A stretch of DNA of 64,000 nucleotides from an uncultured Planctomycetaceae bacterium (GCA_964652155.1 CAZZBK010000006.1:24714-88713); one strand, 5' to 3'; positions 1-10,420 are shown, counted from the first letter of the stretch. Program-made: numbers and translations. The notes: generated from the sequence alone by a model not told the origin.

Positions 1-260
1 ACGCCCGCGCAGGCCGCGACCACTGGCCTCGCGCCATGTTCATGGTGCTCGCCGGTGGCGGCATGAAGACCGGTCAAGTCATCGGTGCCAGCGACGCCAA
101 GGGTGAAGGCCCGGCCAACGACGCGATCAAGCCCGACGACGTGGCCGCCTCGCTCATGCACTCGCTCGGCATCGATCATCACAAGGAATACCAAACCAAC
201 ACCGGCCGGCCGATCATGATCGCCCGCGACGGTCACCTGATCCCCGGCTTGTTCGCCTAA
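1..260 (+). CDS. DUF1501 domain protein, C-terminal part (5' end outside window)
   Basis: Frame is open from the window start (RPRRPRPLASRH context, then MVLAGGGMKTGQVIGASD...PDDVAASLMHSLGID...TGRP), a typical DUF1501 C-terminus. Confidence 0.8.
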   Translation, partial: ARAGRDHWPRAMFMVLAGGGMKTGQVIGASDAKGEGPANDAIKPDDVAASLMHSLGIDHHKEYQTNTGRPIMIARDGHLIPGLFA

Positions 261-282
261 TCAGGATTGCTTGGTTCACTCC

Positions 283-325
283 ATGACGCACAGGCCGAGA
301 GCTCAGCACTCTCGGCCTGTGTCAT
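283..325 (+). terminator. Probable intrinsic terminator hairpin
   Basis: Arms cacaggccgagag / ctctcggcctgtg form a 13-bp perfect stem with a 7-nt loop, extended by atga/tcat, 22 nt after the stop codon; the U-tract is weak. Confidence 0.65.
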
Positions 326-375
326 TTACGGATTCAAACGATAAGCGAATCGGTTCTCTCAACAGAGGAATAATT

Positions 376-480
376 GCCACAAAGAACACAAGAAAGCACA
401 AAAAATGATGAATCAGATAGCAATCACGCCGAGTCGTGGATCAATGGCGTTTCTTTGTGAGTTTGTGAGTTTTTTGCGGC
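376..480. repeat. Imperfect inverted repeat element built from ~9-nt CACAA-core units
   Basis: gccacaaagaacacaagaaagcacaaaaa ... ctttgtgagtttgtgagttttttgcggc. Confidence 0.6.
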
Positions 481-564
481 CACGTTTGCATCTTATGCGG
501 TTGTCATACAGAGCGTTTACCGTCTGAGTTTCTTACCGTTCATTTTTCTCGCCTGAGGTTTGTT

Positions 565-1437
565 ATGAGCGCTCGCACGTTTTTGCGGATGGTCGGCTCG
601 GTCCTGGTGGGCTTGATGGTGTTCGTCTCGACCGCGAGCGCCGAGGAGACCGTCCGCACCGAGTCGGTCATCTACCGTAAGACGCCTCAAGCCGAACTGA
701 AACTGACGGTCCACTATCCGCCGCAGTGGAAGGCAACCGACGCTCGGCCCTCGATCGTTTTCTTCTTTGGTGGCGGTTGGAGTGGCGGCTCCCCAGAGCA
801 GTTTCTCAAACAAGCCGACTACCTGGCCACGCGCGGCATGGTCGCCGCTCGCGCCGACTATCGCGTGAAGACTCGTCACAACGTCACCCCCGACGAGTGC
901 GTACGCGACGCTCAAGCGGCGATTCGCTATGTGCGCGAACACTCCGCCAAGCTGGGGATCGATCCGCAGCGGATCGTCGCGGCCGGCGGCTCCGCCGGCG
1001 GACATCTAGCGGCCTGCACCGGTTGTGTGCCTCCGCTCAAGGTCGACGACGCGAACGCGGCCGTCTCGTGCCGAGCCAATGCCTTGGTGCTCTTTAATCC
1101 CGTGCTGAAGTTCACCGGTGCTGAGCAACTCATGTCGCGCATTGCCAACAACACCGAACTCGGCCGCGCCATCTCCCCAACGCTCCAGTTACAAGGCGGT
1201 GGCGTGCCGACCATCCTGTTCTACGGCACCAGCGATGTGCTCATCGAGCAAGGGCGCGAATTCACCGTTCGGGCCAAGGAGTTAGGTGTGCGCGCCGAGT
1301 TAAAGCAAGCTCCCGAGCAAAAGCACGGCTACTTCAACCGCTCACCTTGGATGGAACGAACACTGTTCGAGACCGACGAGTTTCTCGCCTCGCTGGGTTA
1401 CCTGTCGGGACCGCCCACGCTGACCCGACCGGAATAA
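565..1437 (+). CDS. Secreted alpha/beta hydrolase (esterase/lipase, BD-FAE-like)
   Basis: Signal peptide, FFGGGW oxyanion loop, GGSAGG nucleophile elbow, C-terminal HGYF. Confidence 0.85.
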   Translation: MSARTFLRMVGSVLVGLMVFVSTASAEETVRTESVIYRKTPQAELKLTVHYPPQWKATDARPSIVFFFGGGWSGGSPEQFLKQADYLATRGMVAARADYRVKTRHNVTPDECVRDAQAAIRYVREHSAKLGIDPQRIVAAGGSAGGHLAACTGCVPPLKVDDANAAVSCRANALVLFNPVLKFTGAEQLMSRIANNTELGRAISPTLQLQGGGVPTILFYGTSDVLIEQGREFTVRAKELGVRAELKQAPEQKHGYFNRSPWMERTLFETDEFLASLGYLSGPPTLTRPE

Positions 1438-1591
1438 ATGGAATCGTGTCGCCAGCAAAGCCAGACAATTCGCATCAGTTTACGCAAACTGCAAAAACTC
1501 CCTAACTTCCTCTCGTCTCTTTGACCGATCGTTATAGAATGTCCGGTGGCGGCATGCGTGGCGCGCTCGGCACTCCGTTCAATAGGTCAAA

Positions 1592-2296
1592 ATGTTCGAC
1601 GTTAGCGATTGGATCGAACACGGTTCGTATGCGGGCCTATTCCTTGCGATGGTCCTGACGGGCATCGGCCTACCGGTGCCCGAAGAGGCCTTCGTGATTC
1701 TGGCTGGGGTCTTTAGCCATCAGGGGGTCCTGCGGACTCCATTGATCGCCTGGGCCGCTTGTCTGGCCGGGGCCTTGATCGGCGACCTCGCGACCTACGG
1801 ACTGGGGCGTCATTTTGGCCACAATGTCATTCGCGAACATCCCATCATTGCCAAGCACCTCACGCCCGAACGCGAACGGCATCTCGAAATGCTCATCCGC
1901 CGCCACGGCATCAAGGTGTTTATCGTCTCGCGTTTTTTGGTCGGCGTGCGTTCGAGTGTGTACCTCACGGCGGGTATTCTGCGCGTGCCGCTCACCTGGT
2001 TTTTAATCGTCGATTCTATTTGTGCCACGACCGTGGTGAGCCTATTCTTTGGGCTGAGCTACTATTTTGCCGATCGGATTCAAACCTGGTGGCACGTCAT
2101 CCATCAAGCCGAGATTGCCCTGACGGTCGGACTCGTGCTCAGCGCGGTGGCGATCGGGGGTTACCTGTGGTGGCGCCGCCGCAACAAGTGCCTGAGCATC
2201 GCGGAATTGCTCGACCGAGCGTTGGGAGTGAGTAAAGATGATAGCGACTCCAAGACTCCGACCCCGCCGCAAGTTCACGAAACACAGTCCGCTTAG
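1592..2296 (+). CDS. DedA family membrane protein
   Basis: GLPVPEE, GD...YGLGR and SRFLVGVR motifs with several TM segments. Confidence 0.9.
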   Translation: MFDVSDWIEHGSYAGLFLAMVLTGIGLPVPEEAFVILAGVFSHQGVLRTPLIAWAACLAGALIGDLATYGLGRHFGHNVIREHPIIAKHLTPERERHLEMLIRRHGIKVFIVSRFLVGVRSSVYLTAGILRVPLTWFLIVDSICATTVVSLFFGLSYYFADRIQTWWHVIHQAEIALTVGLVLSAVAIGGYLWWRRRNKCLSIAELLDRALGVSKDDSDSKTPTPPQVHETQSA

Positions 2297-3317
2297 CCGG
2301 CTGCGTGGCGGTTGGTGTTTGGTTCTGCTCGTCGGTCTCGCCGCGAGTTGCTGGGCCTCGCCGGTTGTCGCTCAGGCTCCGCATCGCTTGCACTCGGTGC
2401 TCGCCCAGCAGTTGGGCTTTCTCGATTTTCGCGTCTCGATGGGCCGACTGCGTGTCACGACCGACGATCCCACCCGCAACTTCACGACCTCGTCGCGGCA
2501 GAATGACCGCCAAGAAAAATTATCCGTCGAGTTTCAAGCCGATATCGTCTCGCTCACCTACTCGCTCACGACCCCCACGACGGCGTCGAGCGTGCGGGCT
2601 GTCGACAGCCATGAGTTTATCGTCCGCATTGACCCGGTGAGCGATTCCAAGGTCGAGCCGTTGCTGTTCATTCAGCCCGCCGACGGCCTGTTGCAGCTCA
2701 CCGTCGGTGGCGGCGAGCAGCAACGCGAGGTGCGGGCCCCATCGATCTGGCAGCTTTACCTGGCCGAGCACGAGGTGTGTCAGCAGCGATTGTTTCCGCT
2801 CCTTGAGCTGATGCGTCCCAACTGGCAACTAATTGCGACGGCCAAGGAAATCGAGCAGAAACTGCGTGGCTGGTCGCAGCAACTCGGCGCGGTCGATCCA
2901 AACAGCATCGAACGATTGATCGACGACCTGGGCAGCACGTCGTTCGTCACCCGCCGCGCGGCCGAACGTTCGCTGGTCGAACTCGGCCCCACGATCGTGC
3001 CGCAACTACGACGCACGGGCCGCGAGCATCTCGACAACGAGCAGCGTCGCCGCATTCGACAGATTCTCGACGAGTTGGGCAATCTCGAAGAAGCCGACTC
3101 CTCGCGCGGCGCGCCGGTGTGGCTCTCCTGCGATCCTCGCACCTGGGCGGCTCTGCTGCACCGCGACGATTTGGCGACCCGCGAGTTGGCCCTGGCGCAG
3201 CTCCAAACCCTGCTGCATCGCAAAGTGTCCTTCGATCCACAGGCCGATGCCGCGGCTCGTCGCGCGCAACTGCAAAAGCTCGAAGCGACTTGGGACGCGC
3301 CGCCGCTAGCCAAATAG
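2238..3317 (+). CDS. Hypothetical secreted protein with helical (HEAT-like) C-terminus; start uncertain
   Basis: 359 aa ORF with a hydrophobic signal-like segment and an LIDDLGSTSFVTRRAAERSLVELG HEAT-like repeat. Confidence 0.65.
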   Translation: MIATPRLRPRRKFTKHSPLSRLRGGWCLVLLVGLAASCWASPVVAQAPHRLHSVLAQQLGFLDFRVSMGRLRVTTDDPTRNFTTSSRQNDRQEKLSVEFQADIVSLTYSLTTPTTASSVRAVDSHEFIVRIDPVSDSKVEPLLFIQPADGLLQLTVGGGEQQREVRAPSIWQLYLAEHEVCQQRLFPLLELMRPNWQLIATAKEIEQKLRGWSQQLGAVDPNSIERLIDDLGSTSFVTRRAAERSLVELGPTIVPQLRRTGREHLDNEQRRRIRQILDELGNLEEADSSRGAPVWLSCDPRTWAALLHRDDLATRELALAQLQTLLHRKVSFDPQADAAARRAQLQKLEATWDAPPLAK

Positions 3318-3319
3318 CA

Positions 3320-4267
3320 CTACGTTTGCCAGCGCGTCCAGATCTCCGCTTCGCCCGGCTCATCGCCGCGCAAGCCATAGTGTCGCGGGTGCAATAGCCG
3401 CGCGAGGATTTCCAGACTCTCGATCAACCGTGGCCCGGAGCGATTGAAATACGCGTTGCCGTCGACCGCGTACACCTCGCCGTTGCGGACGGCCGAGATT
3501 TGCCGCCAGTTCGGTTTCGTGCGCAGGCACTCCGCCTCGTGCAAGGTGCGTCGCAGGTCGAACCCGCAGGGCATGATGATGATCTTCTGCGGATCGAAGG
3601 CATGCAGGTCGTCCCAGGGGGTGTAGCCGCTATGCTCGCCGCCGCGGGTCAGGGATTGCTCCCCGCCGGCGATATCGATCAAGTCCGGAATCCAATTCGC
3701 GGCAATCATGAGCGGCTCAATCCACTCGATGCACGCCACCCGAGGCCGCGCGGCCAACGCAATGCTCGCCGTGACTCGTCGCACCGCGTCGATCCGCTCG
3801 CTGAGTTGGCTCACGTAGCGCTCACCGGCCTGCGAGCAATCGCAGGCTGCGGCCAAGTGGCGAATATCGCTCAGCACGTCGGCAAAGCTCCGCGGATTCA
3901 GTGCCACGACCTGCGTTGCACGCAACGCGGGCTCGTTTTGCACCGTCCGCACCACGTCTTCATACGCCACGGCACACACATCGCACTGCGCCTGGGTCAC
4001 GATCAAGTCGGGCTGCAACTCGACGAGCGCTCGCACGTCGATGCCATACAGCGACTCTCCGGCCTGAAACAGCGCGCGTACCTGGTCGTCGATCGCCTGA
4101 GAGCTCGCGGTCGACAACACGTGCGACGTTGTGACGCGCGGTTTATTGAGCACGTCGCGCGGCCAATCGCATTCGTGACTGACGGCCACAACGCGGTCTC
4201 CCAGCCCGAGGCCATAAAGCATTTCCGTGGCGCTGGCCAACATCGAGACAATACGTTGCGGCGGCAT
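3320..4267 (-). CDS. Cobalamin/Fe-siderophore ABC substrate-binding family protein (BtuF-like)
   Basis: RIVSMLASATEMLYGLG, VSHECDWP, QAQCDVC and YFNRSGPRL motifs; likely start is MPPQRIVS at 4267. Confidence 0.85.
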   Translation of the reverse strand: MPPQRIVSMLASATEMLYGLGLGDRVVAVSHECDWPRDVLNKPRVTTSHVLSTASSQAIDDQVRALFQAGESLYGIDVRALVELQPDLIVTQAQCDVCAVAYEDVVRTVQNEPALRATQVVALNPRSFADVLSDIRHLAAACDCSQAGERYVSQLSERIDAVRRVTASIALAARPRVACIEWIEPLMIAANWIPDLIDIAGGEQSLTRGGEHSGYTPWDDLHAFDPQKIIIMPCGFDLRRTLHEAECLRTKPNWRQISAVRNGEVYAVDGNAYFNRSGPRLIESLEILARLLHPRHYGLRGDEPGEAEIWTRWQT

Positions 4268-4386
4268 CACAGCTCTCAATCGTTCAAAATGCGTGACAAG
4301 GACCCTTCGAGAACGTAGTCTAACGTCCAGCGCTGGAGTCCCCAATGCGCTCACCGCTTCCTTTCCCACCTTGGTCAGTATCTCTC

Positions 4387-6876
4387 ATGAACGTCACATC
4401 GCTTCGCCCCTTTACGTTCGTGCTTGGCCTGTTGGCCCCCCTCGCCTTGAGTGCCAGCAGTCTCGCGCAGCCTCCCGAGCAGCCGTGGCTCTACTCGACC
4501 GCCCGGGCCATTCCCAAGGAGACGACCAGCGAAGGGAGCGGATACTTTTCAATCATCGAGGGGAAGAACGCGAAAATCTACGTCGGCACAGCCAAGTACC
4601 GGCACAACGCCTACCTGGTTGAGTACGACCCCGCACTGAAACAAATGCAAACCGTGGTCGACTGCCAACGGGCGATCGGCACGACCGCGACGGGCTTTGC
4701 GGCCCAGGCGAAAATTCACACCCGCAACAACATTGGCCCGAGCGGCAAAATTTACTTCGGCACCAAGCAAGGCTACCCGGCCAAGGATGAGTCGGTGACC
4801 GATTATCCCGGCGGCTACCCGATGGTCTACGACCCCGAGACGCAGCAGACACGCGTGTATCCGATTCCGATCAAACATCAGGGCATCATTAGTGTCACGC
4901 CCGACGAGGCGCGGAAAATCGCCTACATCTCGACATGCAGCGACGAGCGACCCGTCGAGAGTGCCCACTTCATGATCCTCGATCTGGAAAAGGGGACGTA
5001 CCGTGATCTGGTCGACACCCAGCACATGTATGGCTTTATCGTGCTCGACAACCAGGGACGCGCGTATCATCCGCTGCGTGGCGGCGAGATCGGCCGCTAT
5101 GACCCCAAGACCGACACGTTCGAGCGGCTCAAGCAAACCATCGACGGCGCGCCCCCCACGAGCGACTCGCATCTCGCCGATCCCGACACGCACCCGATCA
5201 ACTGGGAAGTCTCGCCCGATCGCAAGACGCTGTACGCGATCGCCCTCTCCAGCAATCAACTCTACGCCTACGACCTGACCGCGAAGGGAGATGTCTTGCC
5301 GGGTCGTCAGCTCGGCAAGCTGCATCCCACGGCCATCGCCGTCGACTGCCGCGCCCTGTGTGTTGCCCCCAACGGCATGGTCTGGGCCGGCGTCGCCATC
5401 ACGCACCCCAACAAACAGCAGTTTCTGCACATTATCAGTTACAAGAACGGTGAGGCGGGACCGGTGGATCACGGCCCGCTCGCCATTGGCAATCCCGACT
5501 ACACGACCTTCACCGATCGCAAGAACCAGCCGTTGCCTTGGCATCATGGCGTCTATCGTTACGGCGATGGCAATCTCGTTCCCCGCTATGCCATGCTGGG
5601 TATTTGTGCCGCGCGCGACGGCACGATCTACGCCACCACACTCGCGCCGTTCACGCTGCACGAAATTCGCATTCCGCGGCCTCGCATCACTCAGGTCACG
5701 CCGCGCAAGCCGGTCGCCGGCATCACGACCGTGTACCGGCACAACTCGCACAGCGACTTAATCCTCGGTCGCGTCATGCAAACCGAATCGCTCGATGGCC
5801 GCGGTCGTGTCTCGTCGCTGAAAATGATGGGCCTGTACGTCGACCAATTCCCCACCAATGACACGAGCCGCCGCATCACGGGTGACCTCGGCGTGGGACA
5901 GTTCAAATCGATCGCTGAAACTCTCACGCTGGGCCAAAACAAACTGGCGGTCGATGGCGTGCTGCTCGTCGCCGAGCATGGCGATTATCCCGAGTCCCCC
6001 TCGGGCGCCACACAATATCCAAAGCGCAAAATGTTCGCCGAGATCTTTGCGACCGTCGATCGCTTGGGCCACCGCGGCATGAGCGTGTTCTGCGACAAAC
6101 ATCTGGCCGACACCTGGACCGACGCCAAGTGGATCTACGACGAGGCCCAAAAGCGGGGCATGCCTTTAATGGCGGGCTCGTCGTTGCCATCGGCGTGGCG
6201 CGACCCGCCCGTCGACGTGCCGCGCGGCGCAAAACTCAAGCAGATTCAGGTCGTGTCGTACCACAAGATCGACATCTACGGCTTCCATGCCCTGGAAGGC
6301 TTGCAAGCCTTGGCCGAGCGCCGCGCCGGCGGCGAGACCGGAGTCGCCGCGGTACAAACAATCAGCGGAGACGATGTCTGGAAGGCTGGCGAGCAAGGTG
6401 TGTACGACAAGCAGTTGTTCGCAGCGACCCTCGCGGCGCTGCGCGAGCGGCCGATCCCCGCGGGCAAAACGGTCGCCGAGTTGGCCAAGAAACCCGTTTT
6501 GTGCGTGATCGATTACCGCGACGGACTGCGCGCCTGCATGTTCACGCTCGACGGCGCGATCGCCGAATGGGCCGCCGCCTGGAAAGACGCCGACGATCGC
6601 GTCACCAGCACGGCGTTTGTACTGCAAGAGAATCGTCCGTTTGCTCACTTTGCCGTGCTGCTCAACAACATCGAGCAGTTCATGCAGACCGGTCAACCCA
6701 ATTGGCCCGTCGAGCGAACCTTGCTCACGAGCGGCTTGGTCGATGATTTACTCTTGTCGCGGATGAACAACGGCGCTCGCCGCGAGACACCGCACCTGGA
6801 CGTGCGATACACCTCGCACTGGAATTGGTCGCAGCCGATCGCACCACCCACCGATCGGCCGTACTCGGTGCAGTGA
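4387..6876 (+). CDS. Secreted two-domain protein: N-terminal beta-propeller fused to a Gfo/Idh/MocA-like hypothetical domain
   Basis: Signal peptide; repeated GKIYFGT/YDP blade motifs; C-terminal VDGVLLVAEHGDYP, VFCDKHL, PLMAGSSL and YGFHALE motifs. Confidence 0.7.
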   Translation: MNVTSLRPFTFVLGLLAPLALSASSLAQPPEQPWLYSTARAIPKETTSEGSGYFSIIEGKNAKIYVGTAKYRHNAYLVEYDPALKQMQTVVDCQRAIGTTATGFAAQAKIHTRNNIGPSGKIYFGTKQGYPAKDESVTDYPGGYPMVYDPETQQTRVYPIPIKHQGIISVTPDEARKIAYISTCSDERPVESAHFMILDLEKGTYRDLVDTQHMYGFIVLDNQGRAYHPLRGGEIGRYDPKTDTFERLKQTIDGAPPTSDSHLADPDTHPINWEVSPDRKTLYAIALSSNQLYAYDLTAKGDVLPGRQLGKLHPTAIAVDCRALCVAPNGMVWAGVAITHPNKQQFLHIISYKNGEAGPVDHGPLAIGNPDYTTFTDRKNQPLPWHHGVYRYGDGNLVPRYAMLGICAARDGTIYATTLAPFTLHEIRIPRPRITQVTPRKPVAGITTVYRHNSHSDLILGRVMQTESLDGRGRVSSLKMMGLYVDQFPTNDTSRRITGDLGVGQFKSIAETLTLGQNKLAVDGVLLVAEHGDYPESPSGATQYPKRKMFAEIFATVDRLGHRGMSVFCDKHLADTWTDAKWIYDEAQKRGMPLMAGSSLPSAWRDPPVDVPRGAKLKQIQVVSYHKIDIYGFHALEGLQALAERRAGGETGVAAVQTISGDDVWKAGEQGVYDKQLFAATLAALRERPIPAGKTVAELAKKPVLCVIDYRDGLRACMFTLDGAIAEWAAAWKDADDRVTSTAFVLQENRPFAHFAVLLNNIEQFMQTGQPNWPVERTLLTSGLVDDLLLSRMNNGARRETPHLDVRYTSHWNWSQPIAPPTDRPYSVQ

Positions 6877-6902
6877 CATTGGCCCAACGGCCTGCTCCCA
6901 GA

Positions 6903-6986
6903 GCCGGTCCGTCTCGGACCGGACGTGAAGAGAAAAGGCCTGCATCACGGGGCGAGTGTTGCAGTTCCGGTCCGAGACGGACCGGC
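6903..6986. repeat. REP-like doublet (perfect 21-bp inverted repeat, each arm self-hairpinning)
   Basis: gccggtccgtctcggaccgga (6903-6923) and tccggtccgagacggaccggc (6966-6986), between convergent genes. Confidence 0.85.
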
Positions 6987-6996
6987 GATGCACGCG

Positions 6997-8838
6997 TTAC
7001 TGATCGCCCATCGGGTATCCGATCGACTTCATCCGATGCCCCAGCGGCTCTCCGGCGGTCGTCAAGTCGCTTTGCATCAGCTCGACTCGGGCAATCAAGC
7101 GGTCGAGGTCACTCATCCCGCCGCGCAGTTGCTGACACGGCTGCTGCACGCCGTGAAACAACTCGGTCGAGGCGACCGCCGTCGTCCAACGCTGGGCCAG
7201 TTGATGGATCTGCGACCGCAGACCGCGCCGCAACCGGGCCGCGAACAGCCCAATGAGCACCACGCACCACAGGACGAGCGCCACCGTCGCGCCGAGAAAA
7301 AAGTCGATGCCCAGCAGTGGGGCGGCACTATCGACCTTGCCCAACTCGAACGCCAGCCATGAGTCGTAGAAGAAATTTCGCGCGAAGCGATACACCAGGC
7401 TGCCGAGAAACACGAGCAGCGCCCCCTCGTAGCGCCAGCGCGTCCACCAATGCGTGTGCCGCTGCGACAGGCGATGGATGGCCTGTTGCAACTCGCTGGC
7501 CACTTCGTCGATGAACAACGTGCCGGCGCTGCTCGCTTCGCGCTGCAGCGTGGCGAAGTCGGCCGCGGTGTGATCCCAACCCAACTCGCGGGCATAACCG
7601 TCGACGATGATGGCGGCGGTGCGCAGCTCGCCCATATCCCAGGAAAATTCGACCGCCCGCTCGACGGCCGCGTCGGCGACTTGTTCCTGCCGTTTGCTTT
7701 GCCAACGTCGGCCGGTCTCCATCGCCCCCCACAACGCAAGTTGCGCCGGCGAGCGCAGGCGAAACAACAATGCACTCGCGAACAGCCCTCCCAAGCTCTG
7801 ATACGCGCGCAGCAGGCACGAGAAAGGGCTGAACCCCCATTGCGATGTCACCTCGCTGAGCAAGCGCGACTCCCAGGCCCGTTGGGCCGTCACGAGTTCG
7901 TCGCGCATTTGCTGCGCCAGGCGCTGCGCGAGCCGGGTGCGTTGCTGTTGAATGCTTTCTTCAAGCTGATCGAGCGGCGCGCGTTGCTCGCTGAGGCGGC
8001 GGCGCAAATCGACGAGCGTTTGCTCGACGAGGTCCAGAAAATTGGCGCGGCGAATGCGATGCGCCGTGGCGTGCGATAGTTCCCGACGCAGGTGGTCGAC
8101 CAGCCGCCCGAATTCTCCGCGCGGCGAAACGCCTGCCGCCGCGTCGCAGAGCGCGGCGAGCGAGTCGACAAAAAACAACTCGCCGGTCGCAAACGACTTG
8201 CCCAACTGCCGTGCCCAATCCTCGCGAACGTCGTCATCCGTGTCGGCATGCGTCTGCACGAAGATGAGTCGGGCCCCGGCCGCGGCCGCCATCAACTCGG
8301 CTCGCACCCGTTCGTCGCGATACTTTTGTTGCGTGGCGGTCACGAGCAGCACATCACAGTGGGGCAACAATTTTCGCAGCCGGGCTAAATTCGACGTCGG
8401 CTCGTCGGCCGCTTCGCTCGTGTCGGGGTCCGGACAATCCAACAGCGCCAGATCGTGCAGCATCGGCAAGTCGCGCTGCGCCCACTCGACGTCCTCGGCG
8501 GCGATGCCGAGCATGGCGGGGGTGATATCGCCGCGACAAACGAGCACCGGCTTGCGTGTCGTCGGCCGCTCGCGCCCTGATTCGCTCACCGTGCTGCCGA
8601 CGAGGGCGTTAACCAGCGTGCTCTTGCCGCTGCCGGTCCCGCCCAGCGTGGCCACGACCAGCGGCGCGTCGAATCGCACTCGCAGCGAACTGACTCGTTC
8701 GAGTAGTTGCCGCACGGCACTCTGAGCATACCGGGCTATTTGACCTGCGGGGAGCGTGTTGCTCCAGGTCTGGACGTCGGCCAGCAGGACATCGACCTCG
8801 GCGCGCAACGCCAGCGACAGTTGCTCGAATGTGCTCAT
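6997..8838 (-). CDS. Dynamin-like/MMR_HSR1 GTPase with C-terminal transmembrane helices
   Basis: G1 GGTGSGKST, G2 RPTT, G3 variant DCPD, G4 variant THAD, coiled coils and 2 TM segments; likely start is MSTFEQ. Confidence 0.8.
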   Translation of the reverse strand: MSTFEQLSLALRAEVDVLLADVQTWSNTLPAGQIARYAQSAVRQLLERVSSLRVRFDAPLVVATLGGTGSGKSTLVNALVGSTVSESGRERPTTRKPVLVCRGDITPAMLGIAAEDVEWAQRDLPMLHDLALLDCPDPDTSEAADEPTSNLARLRKLLPHCDVLLVTATQQKYRDERVRAELMAAAAGARLIFVQTHADTDDDVREDWARQLGKSFATGELFFVDSLAALCDAAAGVSPRGEFGRLVDHLRRELSHATAHRIRRANFLDLVEQTLVDLRRRLSEQRAPLDQLEESIQQQRTRLAQRLAQQMRDELVTAQRAWESRLLSEVTSQWGFSPFSCLLRAYQSLGGLFASALLFRLRSPAQLALWGAMETGRRWQSKRQEQVADAAVERAVEFSWDMGELRTAAIIVDGYARELGWDHTAADFATLQREASSAGTLFIDEVASELQQAIHRLSQRHTHWWTRWRYEGALLVFLGSLVYRFARNFFYDSWLAFELGKVDSAAPLLGIDFFLGATVALVLWCVVLIGLFAARLRRGLRSQIHQLAQRWTTAVASTELFHGVQQPCQQLRGGMSDLDRLIARVELMQSDLTTAGEPLGHRMKSIGYPMGDQ

Positions 8839-8958
8839 CACTCCATTGTACTCGACGCACCACGCTTGTCGCGAGTCGCAACTCGGCTTGCACGCCAAGG
8901 TCCTCGTTCCAAAGCTCGGGCCGCGAGCAAAAACAGGTCCATCGGCACGTGCTCCCGC

Positions 8959-10401
8959 TTATGCCAAGATTTCGCGGACCACGCGAGCCTTGGCCGAATC
9001 GATGAGTTGCCCTGGGCCGTTGGCCCGAGTGAACGTGACTTGCTGATGGTCGAGGCCGAACAGGTGCATGAGCGTGGCGTGATAATCGTAATGCATGACG
9101 ACGTTGTCGACGGCTTGGTAGCCGACCTCGTCGGTGTTGCCGTAGGTCATGCCGCCGCGCACGCCACCGCCGGCGAGCCACATGCTGAAGCCGTAGGTGT
9201 TATGGTCGCGGCCGATGCTCTTGGCCTGCTGAATGACCGGCAGTCGCCCCATCTCGCCGCCCCAATGGACGAGCGTCGAGTCGAGCAGGCCGCGCTGCTT
9301 GAGATCGCGAACCAAGGCGGCGGACCCTTGATCGATCTTGCGAGTGACGCGCGGCAGGCTCTCGGTGATCCCCGCGTGATGGTCCCATTCCTGGTTGGCC
9401 GAGAAGATTTGCACGAATCGCACGCCGCGCTCGACGAGCCGCCGCGCGATCAGGCAGCGCGTGCCAAATTCTTGCGTCTCCTTTTGTTCCAAACCGTACA
9501 TCCGTTTCGTTTCCGGGCTTTCGCTCGAAATATCGAATGCTTCCTTGGCGGCCGTTTGCATCTTGGCGGCCAATTCATAGCTGGCGATGCGGGCAGCGAG
9601 GTCATTTTCGCCGCCACGCTCGGCAAGGTGGTCGCGATTGAGCTGATCGAGATACGCCAGAAAGCGCTGCTGCGGTTGGCCGCGCAGGTACACAGGCGGA
9701 TCGAGGTTCGGTATCCGCGGCTCGGTCGGTCGAGCCACGGTCCCTTGAAACAGCGACGGCAAATAGCCGTTCGACCAGTTGTAAACGCCTTCGACGGGAA
9801 TCGAGGCGGGATCGCGCAGCACCATGAACGCGGGCAGGTCGTCGTTCTCGCTCCCCAAGGCATACGTCATCCACGAGCCGAGCGAGGGACGCCCCGGCAG
9901 AATGCCACCCGACTGCAACGCGAAAATCGACTGTCCGTGGTTATTGACGGCGGTCCGCATCGAGCGGATCAGGCAAATATCGTCGGCCACGCCACCCAAG
10001 TGCGGCACGAGCTCGCTCATCTCGGTGCCACACTCGCCGTAGCGGCGAAATTTCCATTGCGGGGCATACAGCTTGCGGCTCGCTTGGTCGACGCTGTCGA
10101 ATTTGAAGTCGCCAGAGTAATCCTTCATGTGCCCATTGATCAGTGCCGGCTTGGGGTCGAACAGATCGACATGGCTGGGCCCCCCTTGCATGAACATGCT
10201 GATCATTGCCCGGGCGCGGGGCGCGTGATGCGGCGACTTTGCTTTCAAATCGAACGTTGGACGCTCGAAGCTCGGCTTGGCCGGCGCGGAGAGCACGCCG
10301 TCGCGCTGCATGAGCCACGCCAGGGCAAAGGCCGAGAGCGAGAAACTCTGGCTGGCCAAAAAATGACGCCGCGTCGAGCGGAGGTTGTCGAGAGTGGACA
10401 T
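8959..10401 (-). CDS. DUF1501 domain protein (Tat signal)
   Basis: TRRHFL, FMQGGPSHVDLFDPK, ARRLVERGVRFVQ, GEMGRLP and GRDHN motifs. Confidence 0.92.
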   Translation of the reverse strand: MSTLDNLRSTRRHFLASQSFSLSAFALAWLMQRDGVLSAPAKPSFERPTFDLKAKSPHHAPRARAMISMFMQGGPSHVDLFDPKPALINGHMKDYSGDFKFDSVDQASRKLYAPQWKFRRYGECGTEMSELVPHLGGVADDICLIRSMRTAVNNHGQSIFALQSGGILPGRPSLGSWMTYALGSENDDLPAFMVLRDPASIPVEGVYNWSNGYLPSLFQGTVARPTEPRIPNLDPPVYLRGQPQQRFLAYLDQLNRDHLAERGGENDLAARIASYELAAKMQTAAKEAFDISSESPETKRMYGLEQKETQEFGTRCLIARRLVERGVRFVQIFSANQEWDHHAGITESLPRVTRKIDQGSAALVRDLKQRGLLDSTLVHWGGEMGRLPVIQQAKSIGRDHNTYGFSMWLAGGGVRGGMTYGNTDEVGYQAVDNVVMHYDYHATLMHLFGLDHQQVTFTRANGPGQLIDSAKARVVREILA

Positions 10402-10420
10402 GATCGGGTGAGCTCAATAT

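Noticed and set aside
3320-4386. Cobalamin riboswitch expected near the BtuF-like gene
   Set aside because: The upstream spacer is only about 120 bp and shows no B12-box
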